From assembly GCA_039197065.1 (NCBI GenBank), contig JBCCUL010000014.1:36119-100118 (forward strand): 64,000 bases of DNA. Reading direction: 5' to 3'. The notes under the pieces were generated by a model. That model had not been told where the DNA came from and ran no database searches. It saw only the letters and a list, made by a program, of their open reading frames with translations. Position 1 is the stretch's first letter; every line of letters starts with the position of its first letter. A program made the translations under genes and the position numbers. Source of the stretch: Pseudomonadota bacterium (GTDB taxonomy: Bacteria > Pseudomonadota > Alphaproteobacteria > Geminicoccales > Geminicoccaceae). Positions 1 to 9,296 of this stretch are shown here, piece after piece.

Positions 1-378
1 CCCGCCGGCCGCCAGCATATTCAGGCTGTTGGGCACAAGCTTCTGGATGCCGTGGTCCGGCTGACTGTTGACGGTCAGCTTGATCAGATCATCTGCGCCA
101 TCTTCCACCGGATTGTGAAAGCTGCCGCTTTCCATGCCTGATTTGACGAAGGTGCCGCGGCCGACCTCGCCCTTGACCAGCCCAAGCTGTTCGGCGAGCG
201 CATAGGCGCGGGAAACGGTGCCGACGGTAACGCCAAGCTTATAGGCAAGCTCCCTCTGTGGCGGCAGCTTGCGGCCGGCCTCGAGCTCGCCGTCACCGAT
301 TGCCGCATCGATCGCCGAAGCCAGCGCCTTGTAGCGTGGCCCAGGCAGCGAGGAGAGGTCGGGGCACCAAATTGTCAT
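1..378 (-). CDS. GntR/MocR-family transcriptional regulator, N-terminal part (gene runs off the window start)
   Basis: My own minus-strand translation from the ATG at 378-376 gives MTIWCPDLSSLPGPRYKALASAIDAAIGDGELEAGRKLPPQRELAYKLGVTVGTVSRAYALAEQLGLVKGEVGRGTFVK... This is a GntR-type winged HTH followed by the linker typical of PLP-dependent MocR regulators. It is absent from the ORF track because it is open at the window edge. Confidence 0.7.
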   Translation of the reverse strand, partial: MTIWCPDLSSLPGPRYKALASAIDAAIGDGELEAGRKLPPQRELAYKLGVTVGTVSRAYALAEQLGLVKGEVGRGTFVKSGMESGSFHNPVEDGADDLIKLTVNSQPDHGIQKLVPNSLNMLAAGG

Positions 379-394
379 GGTGTCAATATAACAT

Positions 395-415
395 TTGACT
401 CGCACATTGAGTCAA
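395..415. promoter_or_regulatory. 7-bp inverted repeat TTGACTC-N7-GAGTCAA in the divergent MocR/DUF1127 intergenic region (candidate operator)
   Basis: Read directly: ttgactc (395-401) and gagtcaa (409-415). GTCAAT also occurs as a direct repeat at 382-387 and 411-416. The site lies between two divergent start codons (378 and 455). Confidence 0.3.
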
Positions 416-454
416 TGATCAATGCAATGTATCGATTTATTCGTGAGGTGTGCC

Positions 455-679
455 ATGAAAAGTCAAAATTGTATCGATACAATCGCAACGCCCACAACAC
501 CACCGCAGCTCCGGCTGCCGGCCTGGGCCGGGCGGGTCATGCATGTTCTCTTCAGTTGGGTCGAGCGCAGCCGTCAACGTCGTCAGCTCGCGGCGCTGAA
601 CGATGCGGCGCTGAAGGATATCGGCCTCAGCCGCCTCGATGTGCAAATCGAAATCGAAAAGCCCTTCTGGACCCCCTGA
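455..679 (+). CDS. DUF1127 domain small protein
   Basis: The C-terminal motif RQRRQLAALNDAALKDIGLSRLDV is the DUF1127 signature. The ATG at 455 is preceded by GAGG (445-448), so it is preferred over the track start at 422. Confidence 0.7.
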   Translation: MKSQNCIDTIATPTTPPQLRLPAWAGRVMHVLFSWVERSRQRRQLAALNDAALKDIGLSRLDVQIEIEKPFWTP

Positions 680-739
680 CAACGCCTGGAGCCCGTTCGG
701 AACGTTATCGAACGGGCTCCAACGAGCCGGAGAAGCACG

Positions 740-1651
740 ATGCGACGTCATTTCATCACAGCGGATGTGTTCACCGACCGACCGTTCGGCGGCAATCCGC
801 TCGCCGTGCTGCCCAATGCCGAGGGTTTGACGGGCGATCAGATGCAAAAGCTCGCCCGCGAGTTCAATCTGTCCGAAACGGTCTTCGTCCTTCGGCCGCA
901 AAATCCGGCGAACACCAGACGTATCCGGATTTTCGTACCGACCAAGGAAATCCCGTTTGCCGGTCACCCCACCGTCGGTTCGGCGCTTGTTCTCGCTTCC
1001 ATGGGCGAGTTTCCACTGGAAGGCGACAGCACCGACATCATTCTGGAGACGGACGCCGGACCCGTTCCGGTCACCGTGCACAGCATCGACGGCAGGCCGA
1101 GGGCGGCGACCCTGACGGCGCCGCAGCGGCCGACGCTCGGTCCTGTTCCCTCGCTCGATATCATGGCGAAGATGCTGTCGCTCGACCCAGAAGACATCAT
1201 CGCCGCCGAAGGCGCTTCCTGCGGCAATCCCTTCCTCGTAGTGCAGGTGAAGGATCGCTCGGCGCTCGAACGGTCGCGCATCGATATCGCCACGCTGGAG
1301 CGGATCGGCGACGATCTGTTCGCCAAGGAGCCGCTCCTCTTCACCGAAGACGCGCCGGTAGGTTTCGACTTCCAGGCGCGCATGTACGCGCCGCTCAGCG
1401 GCATTCCCGAAGACCCGGCGACCGGCAGCGCGGCCGCAGCGCTTGCCGGCTGGCTCGGCCATCACGATCCGATGCAGGACGGCACGATCAAACGCGCGAT
1501 CGCCCAGGGTATCGAGATGGGCAGGCCGTCGCGCCTGGAGATCGAGGTGGACAAGCAGGGCGACGCCGTTACGGCGGTGCGCGTCACCGGCAGCGCCGTC
1601 CTGATCAGCGAAGGCCAGATCGAGGAGCCGGTGCTGCCTGCACCTGGTTAA
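740..1651 (+). CDS. PhzF-family (phenazine biosynthesis-like) isomerase
   Basis: The N-terminus [24 protein letters not shown] and the later ...[10 protein letters not shown]... and ...[16 protein letters not shown] are typical PhzF-family motifs. GGAGAA SD sits 6 nt upstream of the start. Confidence 0.85.
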   Translation: MRRHFITADVFTDRPFGGNPLAVLPNAEGLTGDQMQKLAREFNLSETVFVLRPQNPANTRRIRIFVPTKEIPFAGHPTVGSALVLASMGEFPLEGDSTDIILETDAGPVPVTVHSIDGRPRAATLTAPQRPTLGPVPSLDIMAKMLSLDPEDIIAAEGASCGNPFLVVQVKDRSALERSRIDIATLERIGDDLFAKEPLLFTEDAPVGFDFQARMYAPLSGIPEDPATGSAAAALAGWLGHHDPMQDGTIKRAIAQGIEMGRPSRLEIEVDKQGDAVTAVRVTGSAVLISEGQIEEPVLPAPG

Positions 1652-1751
1652 CTTTGAAGTGGGAACGAAAGCGACTTGGTCGGGTTCAGGTTGACAAGCC
1701 TTGGGCGGTTCATAAGGAATGGGAGGGTACTACACATATTGGAGCGCCCAA

Positions 1752-2378
1752 ATGAACAACAAAATTCTGTCGGCAATACTTCTTGTTGTCTTCGTCTCCC
1801 TTGGTGCCTGCATGAAGAAAGAGGAAGGCAACACGAATTCCCAGGACAACAGTGGAAACAACGGCTCAGGTAATGTGTTCGGTATATTCCAACTGCCCTC
1901 GGCCAGTGAAATCGAGGAGGGAATTCCGGATGAATGCGAGTTGCCTGCCGGTATCGAGGTTGTTTCGATCTCGCTTGATGAGGGGCAGGAGGGTGAAATC
2001 GTCGGCGGTTCGGCCTCCTATGACGTGACCGTAGAGCTCAACCAGGTCATGCCGGCAAATCAAAACGCATTGATTTGCTTCGTTGTTCGGGATTATGGCA
2101 CGTTATCGATTTATGACCCCATCGGCTACGGCTTCGGAATCGTTCTTCGAGGAGAAGGGCCGATCGAAGAGGCGGCCAGCTTTACCCTCGCCTGCTCCGA
2201 CGGAGACATTGTCGGCGCGCAGCCCGCTCCCTATGACGGCCTTAACGACACGACAGGCGAACGTCAAACCAGGGTGTTCGTCCAGCATGTGACCGGCGTG
2301 AGCAGTATCGCTGACATTCCGACGGGCGTGCAGGGTGAAAAGTCGAACAGGATCCAGGTTTCCTGTCCCCGAACGTAA
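1752..2378 (+). CDS. Hypothetical lipoprotein (lipobox LGAC), visibly lower GC than its neighbours
   Basis: MNNKILSAILLVVFVSLGAC is a signal peptide plus lipobox, followed by a polar N/S/G-rich linker. GGAG sits 9 nt upstream of the ATG at 1752. I recognise no family. Confidence 0.6.
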   Translation: MNNKILSAILLVVFVSLGACMKKEEGNTNSQDNSGNNGSGNVFGIFQLPSASEIEEGIPDECELPAGIEVVSISLDEGQEGEIVGGSASYDVTVELNQVMPANQNALICFVVRDYGTLSIYDPIGYGFGIVLRGEGPIEEAASFTLACSDGDIVGAQPAPYDGLNDTTGERQTRVFVQHVTGVSSIADIPTGVQGEKSNRIQVSCPRT

Positions 2379-2407
2379 AACAACAACAGGCGAATAATCA
2401 GCGAATT

Positions 2408-2444
2408 GGAGGCGGCTGGGGCGCAAACCCGCCCCGCCGCCTCC
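2408..2444. terminator. GC-rich hairpin between convergent genes (lipoprotein and cysNC)
   Basis: ggaggcggctggggcg / cgccccgccgcctcc forms a stem of about 15 bp with one bulge. There is no clean U-tract on either strand. Confidence 0.35.
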
Positions 2445-2478
2445 CGACGCACGTCCAGCCAGTAGGCGCCGCCTACGC

Positions 2479-4368
2479 CTACTGCAGGCGCTGTTTGCCT
2501 TGGAGCTCGGCGACCACCAGTTCGGCGGCTTCCTCGGGGGTGAGCTGCTCGGTGTGGAGATGGATCTCCGGCTTTTCGGGCGGCTCGTAAGGTGAAGAAA
2601 TACCGGTGAAGTTCGGGATCTTGCCGTCGCGAGCGCGCTGGTAGAGGCCTTTGGGGTCGCGCCGTTCGCAGGCTTCGATCGAGGCATCGACGAAGACCTC
2701 GATGAACTCATGATCGTCGAACAGCTCTCTTGCCAGGTCGCGCTCGCTTCTGAAGGGCGAGATGAAGGAGGCCATGACGATCAGGCCGGCATCCACCATC
2801 AGCTTGCCGACTTCGGCGACGCGGCGAATGTTCTCGACGCGATCGGCATCGGTGAAGCCGAGATCCTTGTTCAGGCCATGCCTGACATTGTCGCCGTCCA
2901 GGAGATAGGTGCGCTGGCCCATGGCGTGCAGGCGCTTCTCGACAAGATTGGCGATGGTCGATTTGCCAGCACCCGAAAAACCGGTGAACCAGAGAAGGCA
3001 GGGCTTCTGCTTGTTCATCTGGGCGCGGGCGGTCTTGTCGACGTCGACTTCCTGCCAGACCAGATTAGTGGCGCGCCTGAGGCCGAAGGCGACCATGCCG
3101 GCGGCGACCGTCTGGTTGGAGATGCGGTCGATCAGGATGAAGCCGCCGAGCGCCTTGTTGTCCTTGTAGGGTTCGAAGGCGATCGGCTGGTCGAGGTTGA
3201 AATTGACGAAGCCGACCTCGTTCAGCCCGAGGGTGTCGGCGGCCAGATGCTCGCCGCTGTTCACGTCCTCCTTGTATTTGAGGCGGGTGACCGCGGCGCC
3301 GATGGTCTTGGTGCCGAGTTTCAGGAGATAGGTGCGCTCCGGAAGAAGAGGTGCCTCGTCCATCCAGACGAGATGGGCGGCGAACTGATCGGTGACCTGG
3401 ACCGAGTCCTCGGCGTCGGCAATGACGTCGCCGCGTGAAATATCGATCTCTCGATCGAGACAGAGCGTCACCGCATCCCCGCTCTCGGCCACAGGCTGGT
3501 CGCCGTCCATGGTGACGATACGGGTGATGGCCGCCTGCTGGCTGCCGGGCTGGGCGATGATGCGATCGCCGGGGCGGACGCTGCCGCTCGCGACGGTGCC
3601 GGCATAGCCGCGGAAATCCAGATTCGGGCGGCTGACCCATTGCACCGGGAAGCGAAAGGCTTCGGCGCATTGCACCGTGACGTCCACCGTCTCCAGATGG
3701 GCCATCAGTGAGGGGCCTTTGTACCAGGCCATCGCCTCGCTCTTTTCGAGTACATTGTCGCCCTTGAGCGCGGACAGCGGGACGCAGGTGATGTCGTTAA
3801 AGCCCAGATCCTGGCTTTCGACGAAGGTCCGGTAGTCGTTGACGATCTCGTTGAAGCGGTCCTCGCTGTAGCCAGCGATGTCCATCTTGTTGACCGCGAG
3901 TACGACGTTTCGAATGCCGAGAAGATCGGCGATCCGGCTGTGGCGTCTGGTCTGCTGCAGCACGCCCTTTCGGGCGTCGATCAGGATGATCGCGAGATCG
4001 GCGGTCGACGCGCCGGTCGCCATATTGCGGGTATATTGCTCGTGGCCCGGCGTGTCGGCGACGATGAATTTGCGCTTGGCGGTCGAGAAGTAGCGATAGG
4101 CGACATCGATGGTGATGCCCTGCTCGCGCTCGGCCTGGAGGCCGTCCACCAAGAGCGCCATATCGAGCTCGCCGCCCTGGGTGCCGTGCAGCTTGCTCTC
4201 GCTTTCCAGCGACTCGACCTGATCTTCGAGCAGCAGCTTGGCGTCATAGAGGAGGCGTCCGATCAGCGTGCTCTTGCCGTCGTCGACGCTGCCGCAGGTG
4301 ATGAAGCGCAGGAGAGACTTTTCAGCGATGTAGGAGGCTTGGGCCTCGGCCAGACCAGCGGTCGCCAT
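2479..4368 (-). CDS. cysNC: Bifunctional sulfate adenylyltransferase subunit 1 / adenylylsulfate kinase (CysN-CysC fusion, NodQ-like)
   Basis: GTPase motifs GSVDDGKST, DTPGHEQY and NKMD are present. The C-terminal APS-kinase P-loop is FTGFSGAGKST. Its ATG overlaps the cysD stop (ATGA at 4368). Confidence 0.95.
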   Translation of the reverse strand: MATAGLAEAQASYIAEKSLLRFITCGSVDDGKSTLIGRLLYDAKLLLEDQVESLESESKLHGTQGGELDMALLVDGLQAEREQGITIDVAYRYFSTAKRKFIVADTPGHEQYTRNMATGASTADLAIILIDARKGVLQQTRRHSRIADLLGIRNVVLAVNKMDIAGYSEDRFNEIVNDYRTFVESQDLGFNDITCVPLSALKGDNVLEKSEAMAWYKGPSLMAHLETVDVTVQCAEAFRFPVQWVSRPNLDFRGYAGTVASGSVRPGDRIIAQPGSQQAAITRIVTMDGDQPVAESGDAVTLCLDREIDISRGDVIADAEDSVQVTDQFAAHLVWMDEAPLLPERTYLLKLGTKTIGAAVTRLKYKEDVNSGEHLAADTLGLNEVGFVNFNLDQPIAFEPYKDNKALGGFILIDRISNQTVAAGMVAFGLRRATNLVWQEVDVDKTARAQMNKQKPCLLWFTGFSGAGKSTIANLVEKRLHAMGQRTYLLDGDNVRHGLNKDLGFTDADRVENIRRVAEVGKLMVDAGLIVMASFISPFRSERDLARELFDDHEFIEVFVDASIEACERRDPKGLYQRARDGKIPNFTGISSPYEPPEKPEIHLHTEQLTPEEAAELVVAELQGKQRLQ

Positions 4369-5327
4369 CAGAAATATCCCTCTTGCTTCTTCTTCTCCAT
4401 CGAGCCCGGCTGATCCTTGTCGATCACCCGGCCCTGGCGCTCGGAACTGCGGCTGAGTTTCATCTCCGCGAGCAGCGTCTGGAGATTGTCCGCCTCACTC
4501 TCGATCGCGCCGGTGAGCGGGTAGCAACCGAGGGTACGGAAGCGCACGGACTTCATTTCCGGCTTTTCACCGGGCTCGAGCGGCAAGCGCTCGTCGTCGA
4601 CCATGATCCACATGCCGTCCCGCCAGACGACGGGGCGTTCCTTGGCGAAGTAGAGCGGCACGACCGGGATGTTCTGCAGCTCGATATAGGTCCAGATGTC
4701 GAGCTCGGTCCAATTGGAGAGCGGGAACACGCGCACGCTCTCGCCCTTGTTCACCCGGCTGTTATAGAGGTTCCAGAGCTCCGGGCGCTGGTTCTTCGGA
4801 TCCCAGGCGTGGGACCGGTTGCGGAAGGAGAAGATCCGCTCCTTGGCCCGCGACTTTTCCTCATCGCGGCGCGCGCCGCCGAAAGCGGCATCGAACTGGT
4901 GCTTGTCGAGCGCCTGCTTCAAAGACTGGGTCTTCATGACGTCGGTGTGCACGGCGGAGCCGTGGGTGAAGGGACCGACGCCTTGGGCGACGCCGTCCTG
5001 GTTGATGTTGACCATCAGCTCCAGGCCGAGCTCTTTGGCGGTACGGTCCCGAAATTCGATCATCTCCCGGAACTTCCAGGTCGTGTCGACATGCAGGAGC
5101 GGGAATGGCAGTTTCGCTGGATAGAAGGCCTTGACCGCGAGATGGAGAAGGACGGAGCTGTCCTTGCCGATCGAATAGAGCATCACCGGCTTTTGAAAGC
5201 TTGCGGCAACCTCGCGAAAAATCTCGATGCTTTCCGATTCCAGGCGTTTCAAATGGGCCGGTAGCTGCGCGTCCTTCACCTCGACAGAAGCGGCGGCCGT
5301 TTCGGCGCGTTCATTGATCATCGTCAT
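4368..5327 (-). CDS. cysD: Sulfate adenylyltransferase subunit 2 (CysD/NodP)
   Basis: PAPS-reductase-like fold motifs are present: [14 protein letters not shown], ...ERIFSFRN..., and the C-terminal [10 protein letters not shown] typical of CysD. GGAGAA SD upstream. Confidence 0.95.
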   Translation of the reverse strand: MTMINERAETAAASVEVKDAQLPAHLKRLESESIEIFREVAASFQKPVMLYSIGKDSSVLLHLAVKAFYPAKLPFPLLHVDTTWKFREMIEFRDRTAKELGLELMVNINQDGVAQGVGPFTHGSAVHTDVMKTQSLKQALDKHQFDAAFGGARRDEEKSRAKERIFSFRNRSHAWDPKNQRPELWNLYNSRVNKGESVRVFPLSNWTELDIWTYIELQNIPVVPLYFAKERPVVWRDGMWIMVDDERLPLEPGEKPEMKSVRFRTLGCYPLTGAIESEADNLQTLLAEMKLSRSSERQGRVIDKDQPGSMEKKKQEGYF

Positions 5328-5410
5328 TCCAAATTCTCCGAGGCCCCGTTCTCCGAGGCCTAGGGGCTGGTCGCCATCGCTGACATACGTAATCGGGACT
5401 TTCCGTCATA

Positions 5411-5425
5411 TGCTGCAATGCAGCA
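5411..5425. promoter_or_regulatory. Perfect palindrome TGCTGCA-A-TGCAGCA about 85 nt upstream of cysD (candidate operator)
   Basis: Read directly from the sequence. The position fits a promoter-proximal regulator site, but the cognate regulator is unknown. Confidence 0.3.
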
Positions 5426-5500
5426 CGACGTTCAAGGCCCGCCGGCGAACCTTTCGGGGCCTCTTACGTTTCCAACAAGCCTGGCGCGTAGAAATTCCAA

Positions 5501-5519
5501 GCCGACATGAAATGTCGGC
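5501..5519 (-). terminator. Hairpin GCCGACAT-gaa-ATGTCGGC downstream of gpt
   Basis: Perfect 8-bp stem, followed on the minus strand by TTGGAATTTC, which is only a weak U-tract. Confidence 0.4.
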
Positions 5520-5598
5520 CATCGGTATCGTTGGGTTTGTCGTTGTTTCGAACAGGAGTCAACAGGTTGAGCCCTGATACGCTCCGTTCGTCGGCGCC

Positions 5599-6084
5599 CT
5601 ACGCCTTGGGCTGCGCGGCGATGGGCTGGGCGAATTGCGGCTGCTGGTCCCAGGGAAGGAGGATCCAGGTGTCCTGGCTGACCTCGGTGATGTAGCTGTC
5701 GACCACCTCGCGCCCCTTGGGCTTGGCGTAAACGGTGGCGAAGTGGGCCTGGGGCAGCATCTCGCGCACGATGCGGCCGGTGCGCCCGGTATCGACAAGG
5801 TCGTCGACGATCAGCCAGCCCTCGCCGCTGTCATCCATGCTCTTCAGGATATCGGGCTCGCGCCTGGTCTGGTCATCATAGCTGGCGACGCAGATGGTAT
5901 CGATCAGCCGAACCTCAAGCTCGCGCGCGACGATCTGCGCCGGAATGAGACCGCCGCGTGCGATGGCGACGATGCCTTTCCAGGGGCCCTGCTCCGCCAG
6001 GCGCCAGGACAGGGCTCGGGCGTCGCGATGCATCTCCTCCCAGGAGACGGGGAAATATCGGCTGTAATCATCACTCACGGGCAT
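5599..6084 (-). CDS. gpt: Xanthine-guanine phosphoribosyltransferase
   Basis: FPVSWEEMHRDARALSWRL..., GIVAIARGGLIPAQIVAREL and the PRPP-binding motif LIVDDLVDTGRT are present. The internal ATG at 6084 (MPVSDDY...) gives the usual size of about 161 aa. The track start at 6180 adds 32 atypical residues. Confidence 0.85.
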   Translation of the reverse strand: MPVSDDYSRYFPVSWEEMHRDARALSWRLAEQGPWKGIVAIARGGLIPAQIVARELEVRLIDTICVASYDDQTRREPDILKSMDDSGEGWLIVDDLVDTGRTGRIVREMLPQAHFATVYAKPKGREVVDSYITEVSQDTWILLPWDQQPQFAQPIAAQPKA

Positions 6085-6305
6085 TCTCTGCGCTGGCTGA
6101 ACGATGCCCGGAACGTCACGTCCGTCGGAATTTTTGTCAAGATCGACGGGTTGGGGATGGCCCGCCTCTTCGCTGTACATACGGTGGTTTTTTGCCTAAC
6201 GTCGCCAGAGGTCAGGCAGGTTGACGGCTCTTGCGGCGCGCGCTTTTCGGCGGTTTGGAATCGTGATGATCAGGGGACAGTTAAACCGGAACGACGAGAT
6301 TTGAT

Positions 6306-6494
6306 ATGGATGATGAAGACGAAGTCAGGAGCAAGCGCTCCGGTGCGGGGCTGCAGGATTTGAGCGGCTGGTCGATTTCCGAGCTTGAGGCCTATATCGC
6401 CCGGCTCGAAGTCGAGATCTCCCGTGCGAAACAAGAGATCGAAAGCAAAAACGCGGTGAAGAACGCCGCCGAAGCCCTTTTCAAGAAGTCCTGA
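6306..6494 (+). CDS. DUF1192 domain small coiled-coil protein
   Basis: [31 protein letters not shown] matches the DUF1192 pattern (LS.EEL..RI..L..EI.R). Confidence 0.7.
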   Translation: MDDEDEVRSKRSGAGLQDLSGWSISELEAYIARLEVEISRAKQEIESKNAVKNAAEALFKKS

Positions 6495-6510
6495 GGGGTC
6501 CCGGCGGGAC

Positions 6511-7035
6511 ATGCAGTTTTGCCCGGATTGCGGTGCTGCCACCCACCGAATTGTGCCGGAAGGGGACAATGTCGAGCGGGACGTGTGCACGGCTTGCGGC
6601 AAGATCCACTATCAGAATCCGAAGGTGGTGGTGGGGGCGGTCTGCACCTGGGACGACAAGGTGCTGCTCTGCAAGCGCGCGATCGAACCGCGTCTCGGCT
6701 ATTGGACGATCCCGGCCGGCTTCATGGAGATGGGCGAGAGCACCGAAGAGGGCGCTGTGCGCGAAACCATGGAGGAGGCCACGGCTCGCATCGAGATCAT
6801 CGATCTGCTCGCCATCTACAACATCACCCGCCTGAGCCAGGTTCAGATCTTCTACCGCGCCAGAATGCTGACCCCCGACTTCGCCGCCGGCCACGAGACC
6901 CTGGATCTCGGCCTTTACGACTGGAACGAGATCCCCTGGAACGACCTCGCCTTTCCGACGGTGCACTGGATCCTGGAAAAAGCGATCGCGGTGAAAGGAC
7001 AGCCGGCGCCGGTGGTGCCGGAGCTGCGTGGTTAG
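6511..7035 (+). CDS. NUDIX hydrolase with N-terminal CxxC...CxxC zinc ribbon
   Basis: The N-terminus has CPDC...CTAC. The Nudix box is [21 protein letters not shown] (GX5EX7REUXEEXGU). Confidence 0.85.
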   Translation: MQFCPDCGAATHRIVPEGDNVERDVCTACGKIHYQNPKVVVGAVCTWDDKVLLCKRAIEPRLGYWTIPAGFMEMGESTEEGAVRETMEEATARIEIIDLLAIYNITRLSQVQIFYRARMLTPDFAAGHETLDLGLYDWNEIPWNDLAFPTVHWILEKAIAVKGQPAPVVPELRG

Positions 7036-7050
7036 AGCCCGTCCGGGCGC

Positions 7051-8253
7051 TCAGGCGGCGTCCTTGAGGTCGACGAGGCGCTTTTCGATCGAGACGTTCG
7101 TCATCGAAAGCACATCAGCGATCTTCCGGCCGGCGGTGCCGTCGCCATAGATGGTGTCCTCCGGCAGACGGCTGCCGTTCCACATCGCTCGAATGGCCGA
7201 GAAGATGGCGGTGTGATCGAAGGGGATGTCCGTCACGTTGATGCCGCGATCCCTGCCTGCCTGCCGACTGCCGATATTGACGGCCGGCACGCCGAGATAG
7301 GCGCATTCGCGAATGGCCACGCTCGAATTGCCGACAATACCTCTGCTGTTGATCAGCACCGACAGGAAGTCGAGGGGTTTCAGGTTCTTGTAGAAATGAA
7401 CGTGGTCCAGGCTGTTCATTTCACGATAGGTGCGAATGCTTTTCGACATGCCGTCGGAACCGGCATCGACATTGGGCCAGAACCAGAGCGTCGGGCATCC
7501 GATATCGTCGACTGCCTGCAGCGTGATCCTGGCCTGCTCCGCCGCCTCTTCATATTCCGAGGTGACGGGATGCAGCATGACGACGACATAGCCGTTCGAG
7601 GTATCGATCTCCGGGCCGACGCCGCCATAGCGGGATAGCGTTTCGGTGACGGAGCGCGGCTCTGCGGCCAAGGCCTGGCGCGCCAGATCGATCGACGGGC
7701 AGCCGGTGACGAACACGGCCTCCGGCCGTTCCCCCATTCCGATGACGCGTGCCGCCGCCCTCTCGGACGCGACCAGATGCAGATCGGCGAGCTTGGTGAT
7801 GGCGTGACGCACCTTTTCGTCGATGGAGCCCGTGACCTCGCCGCCCTGGATATGGGCGAGCGGGATGTTCATGTAGCAGGCGGCGATCGCCGTTGCGATC
7901 GTCTCATAGCGATCCGCGATGGTGACGACGACATCCGGCTTCAGATCGTCGAACACCGTCGAAAGCTCAGCCAGACCGAAGCCGGTCGACTTGGCGGCGG
8001 TGATCAGATTTTCGCCGTCGACCACCATGTAGACGCGCCGATCGACCTTGAAGCCTTCGTCCTCGATGACCCGAAGGGTGTTGCCGAAGCGATCGAGCAG
8101 CGCCGAGGCGGCGACCACGATCTGCAGCTCCAGGTCCGGATGCTCGCGGATCGCCAGCAGCGCCGATTTGATCCGGGCGTAGCTGGGTCTCGCTGTGATG
8201 ACGACGCAGATTTTGCGGGGGCGGATTTTACGTGGCATGGACATCCCTGACAT
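7051..8253 (-). CDS. neuC: UDP-N-acetylglucosamine 2-epimerase (hydrolysing), NeuC-like
   Basis: KICVVITARPSYARIKSALLAIREHPDLELQIVVAASALLDRFG and ...HIQGGEVTGSIDE...H... are NeuC/LegG-type motifs. The track start at 8256 is TTG. The ATG at 8253 lies 5 nt after AGGAG (8263-8259), and that AGGAG overlaps the neuB stop. Confidence 0.85.
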   Translation of the reverse strand: MSGMSMPRKIRPRKICVVITARPSYARIKSALLAIREHPDLELQIVVAASALLDRFGNTLRVIEDEGFKVDRRVYMVVDGENLITAAKSTGFGLAELSTVFDDLKPDVVVTIADRYETIATAIAACYMNIPLAHIQGGEVTGSIDEKVRHAITKLADLHLVASERAAARVIGMGERPEAVFVTGCPSIDLARQALAAEPRSVTETLSRYGGVGPEIDTSNGYVVVMLHPVTSEYEEAAEQARITLQAVDDIGCPTLWFWPNVDAGSDGMSKSIRTYREMNSLDHVHFYKNLKPLDFLSVLINSRGIVGNSSVAIRECAYLGVPAVNIGSRQAGRDRGINVTDIPFDHTAIFSAIRAMWNGSRLPEDTIYGDGTAGRKIADVLSMTNVSIEKRLVDLKDAA

Positions 8254-8261
8254 CAACGCTC

Positions 8262-9296
8262 CTATTCGACATCTTCGGGGGCTAGCGGCACATGTTTCTT
8301 CAACGGCCTTGCAAGGCGGCGGCCGACGAACTCATCGAACCGCGCGGCCGCGATGCCGGTTCCCGGCTTTCGGCAGGCGAGCGTGGCCGGCGAGAGCGTC
8401 TCGCCAGCCGCCAGGTCGCGGGAGGCGACCAGGCTCTTCATGAAGATCGGGCGAAGCTCGCCTGCCTTCTCTGCAATCCTGCTCTTGTCGACAGCATGGC
8501 GGCGCATGTCTTCGGCGAACCGGATCCCCTCCACCAGCCTCGTCAGGTCTTCCACGGTCAGCGAGGCCGCGACGTCGGGGCCGAAGGCATGTTTGGACAA
8601 GGTGAGATGCACCTCGACGACCTGGGCGCCGAGATAGGCGGCGCAGACGCCGGGATAGATGGTCGCGGTATGGTCGGAAAGACCGACCGCTGTGTCGTAG
8701 CGGCTCTTGAACTCATTCAGCACGTTCAGGCCGACATCGGCGGCTGCGGTCGGATAGGTGGACGAGCATTGAAGCACGGCAAGGGATGCGCCAGCCGCTT
8801 TGATCCGCTGGACGGTCCGGTCGATCTCCGGAAGCGGGCTCATGCCGGTCGAAAGCAGGAGCGGCTTGCCGGTGGCGCACATGGCATCCAGCATCTGGAC
8901 GTTGGTGATCTCGCCCGAAGCGACCTTCCAGCCGGCGACCTCGAGGCGCTTCAGGAGGTCGAAGGCCTCCATCGAGAACGGCGAGCTCAGGAAGAGGAGA
9001 CCTTTCTCTTCGGCGTGAGTCTTCAGGCCGAACCAATGGTCGTCGCTGAATTCCATGCGCCGCCAATAGTCGAAGCGCGTCTCGTCCTGCGGGCTGAAAC
9101 GGACGCGCCAGGGCTCGTCGGGGGAGCTCTCGGCGGCGGCGATATGGGTCTGGAACTTGACGGCATCGGCGCCGGCGAGGGCGGCGGCGTCGATCATCGC
9201 ATGCGCCGTTCCGAGACTGCCGTCATGGGCCTGCGCGATCTCCGCGATCACCGTGCAGGGCGCTTCGGGGGTGGGATCTTGCAGCCAGGTGGTCAT
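8262..9296 (-). CDS. neuB: N-acylneuraminate (nonulosonate) synthase, NeuB-like, with C-terminal SAF domain
   Basis: IAEIAQAHDGSLGTAHAMIDAAALAGADAVKFQTH is the NeuB signature, and the C-terminal segment looks SAF-like. ATGA overlap with the neuA stop (9293-9296). Confidence 0.9.
   Translation of the reverse strand: MTTWLQDPTPEAPCTVIAEIAQAHDGSLGTAHAMIDAAALAGADAVKFQTHIAAAESSPDEPWRVRFSPQDETRFDYWRRMEFSDDHWFGLKTHAEEKGLLFLSSPFSMEAFDLLKRLEVAGWKVASGEITNVQMLDAMCATGKPLLLSTGMSPLPEIDRTVQRIKAAGASLAVLQCSSTYPTAAADVGLNVLNEFKSRYDTAVGLSDHTATIYPGVCAAYLGAQVVEVHLTLSKHAFGPDVAASLTVEDLTRLVEGIRFAEDMRRHAVDKSRIAEKAGELRPIFMKSLVASRDLAAGETLSPATLACRKPGTGIAAARFDEFVGRRLARPLKKHVPLAPEDVE

Noticed and set aside
415-1755. 446-aa plus-strand ORF and 342-aa minus-strand ORF (437-1465) covering the PhzF-like gene
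   Set aside because: Their translations are Arg/Pro/Gly/Ala-rich and low in complexity, as expected for out-of-frame or antisense ORFs in GC-rich DNA. The 303-aa frame (740-1651) has clear PhzF motifs and an SD.
2103-4413. Multiple ORFs antisense or out of frame to cysNC (2103-2711, 2710-3438, 3065-3670, 3940-4413 and others)
   Set aside because: These are shadow ORFs of a strongly supported gene. They show no recognisable motifs and have Arg/Pro-rich composition.
2479-5327. Calling these genes nodPQ (Nod-factor sulfation) rather than cysDN/C
   Set aside because: The sequence alone cannot separate housekeeping CysD/CysNC from symbiotic NodP/NodQ paralogues. No nod box or other nod genes occur in the window, so the neutral cys names are used.
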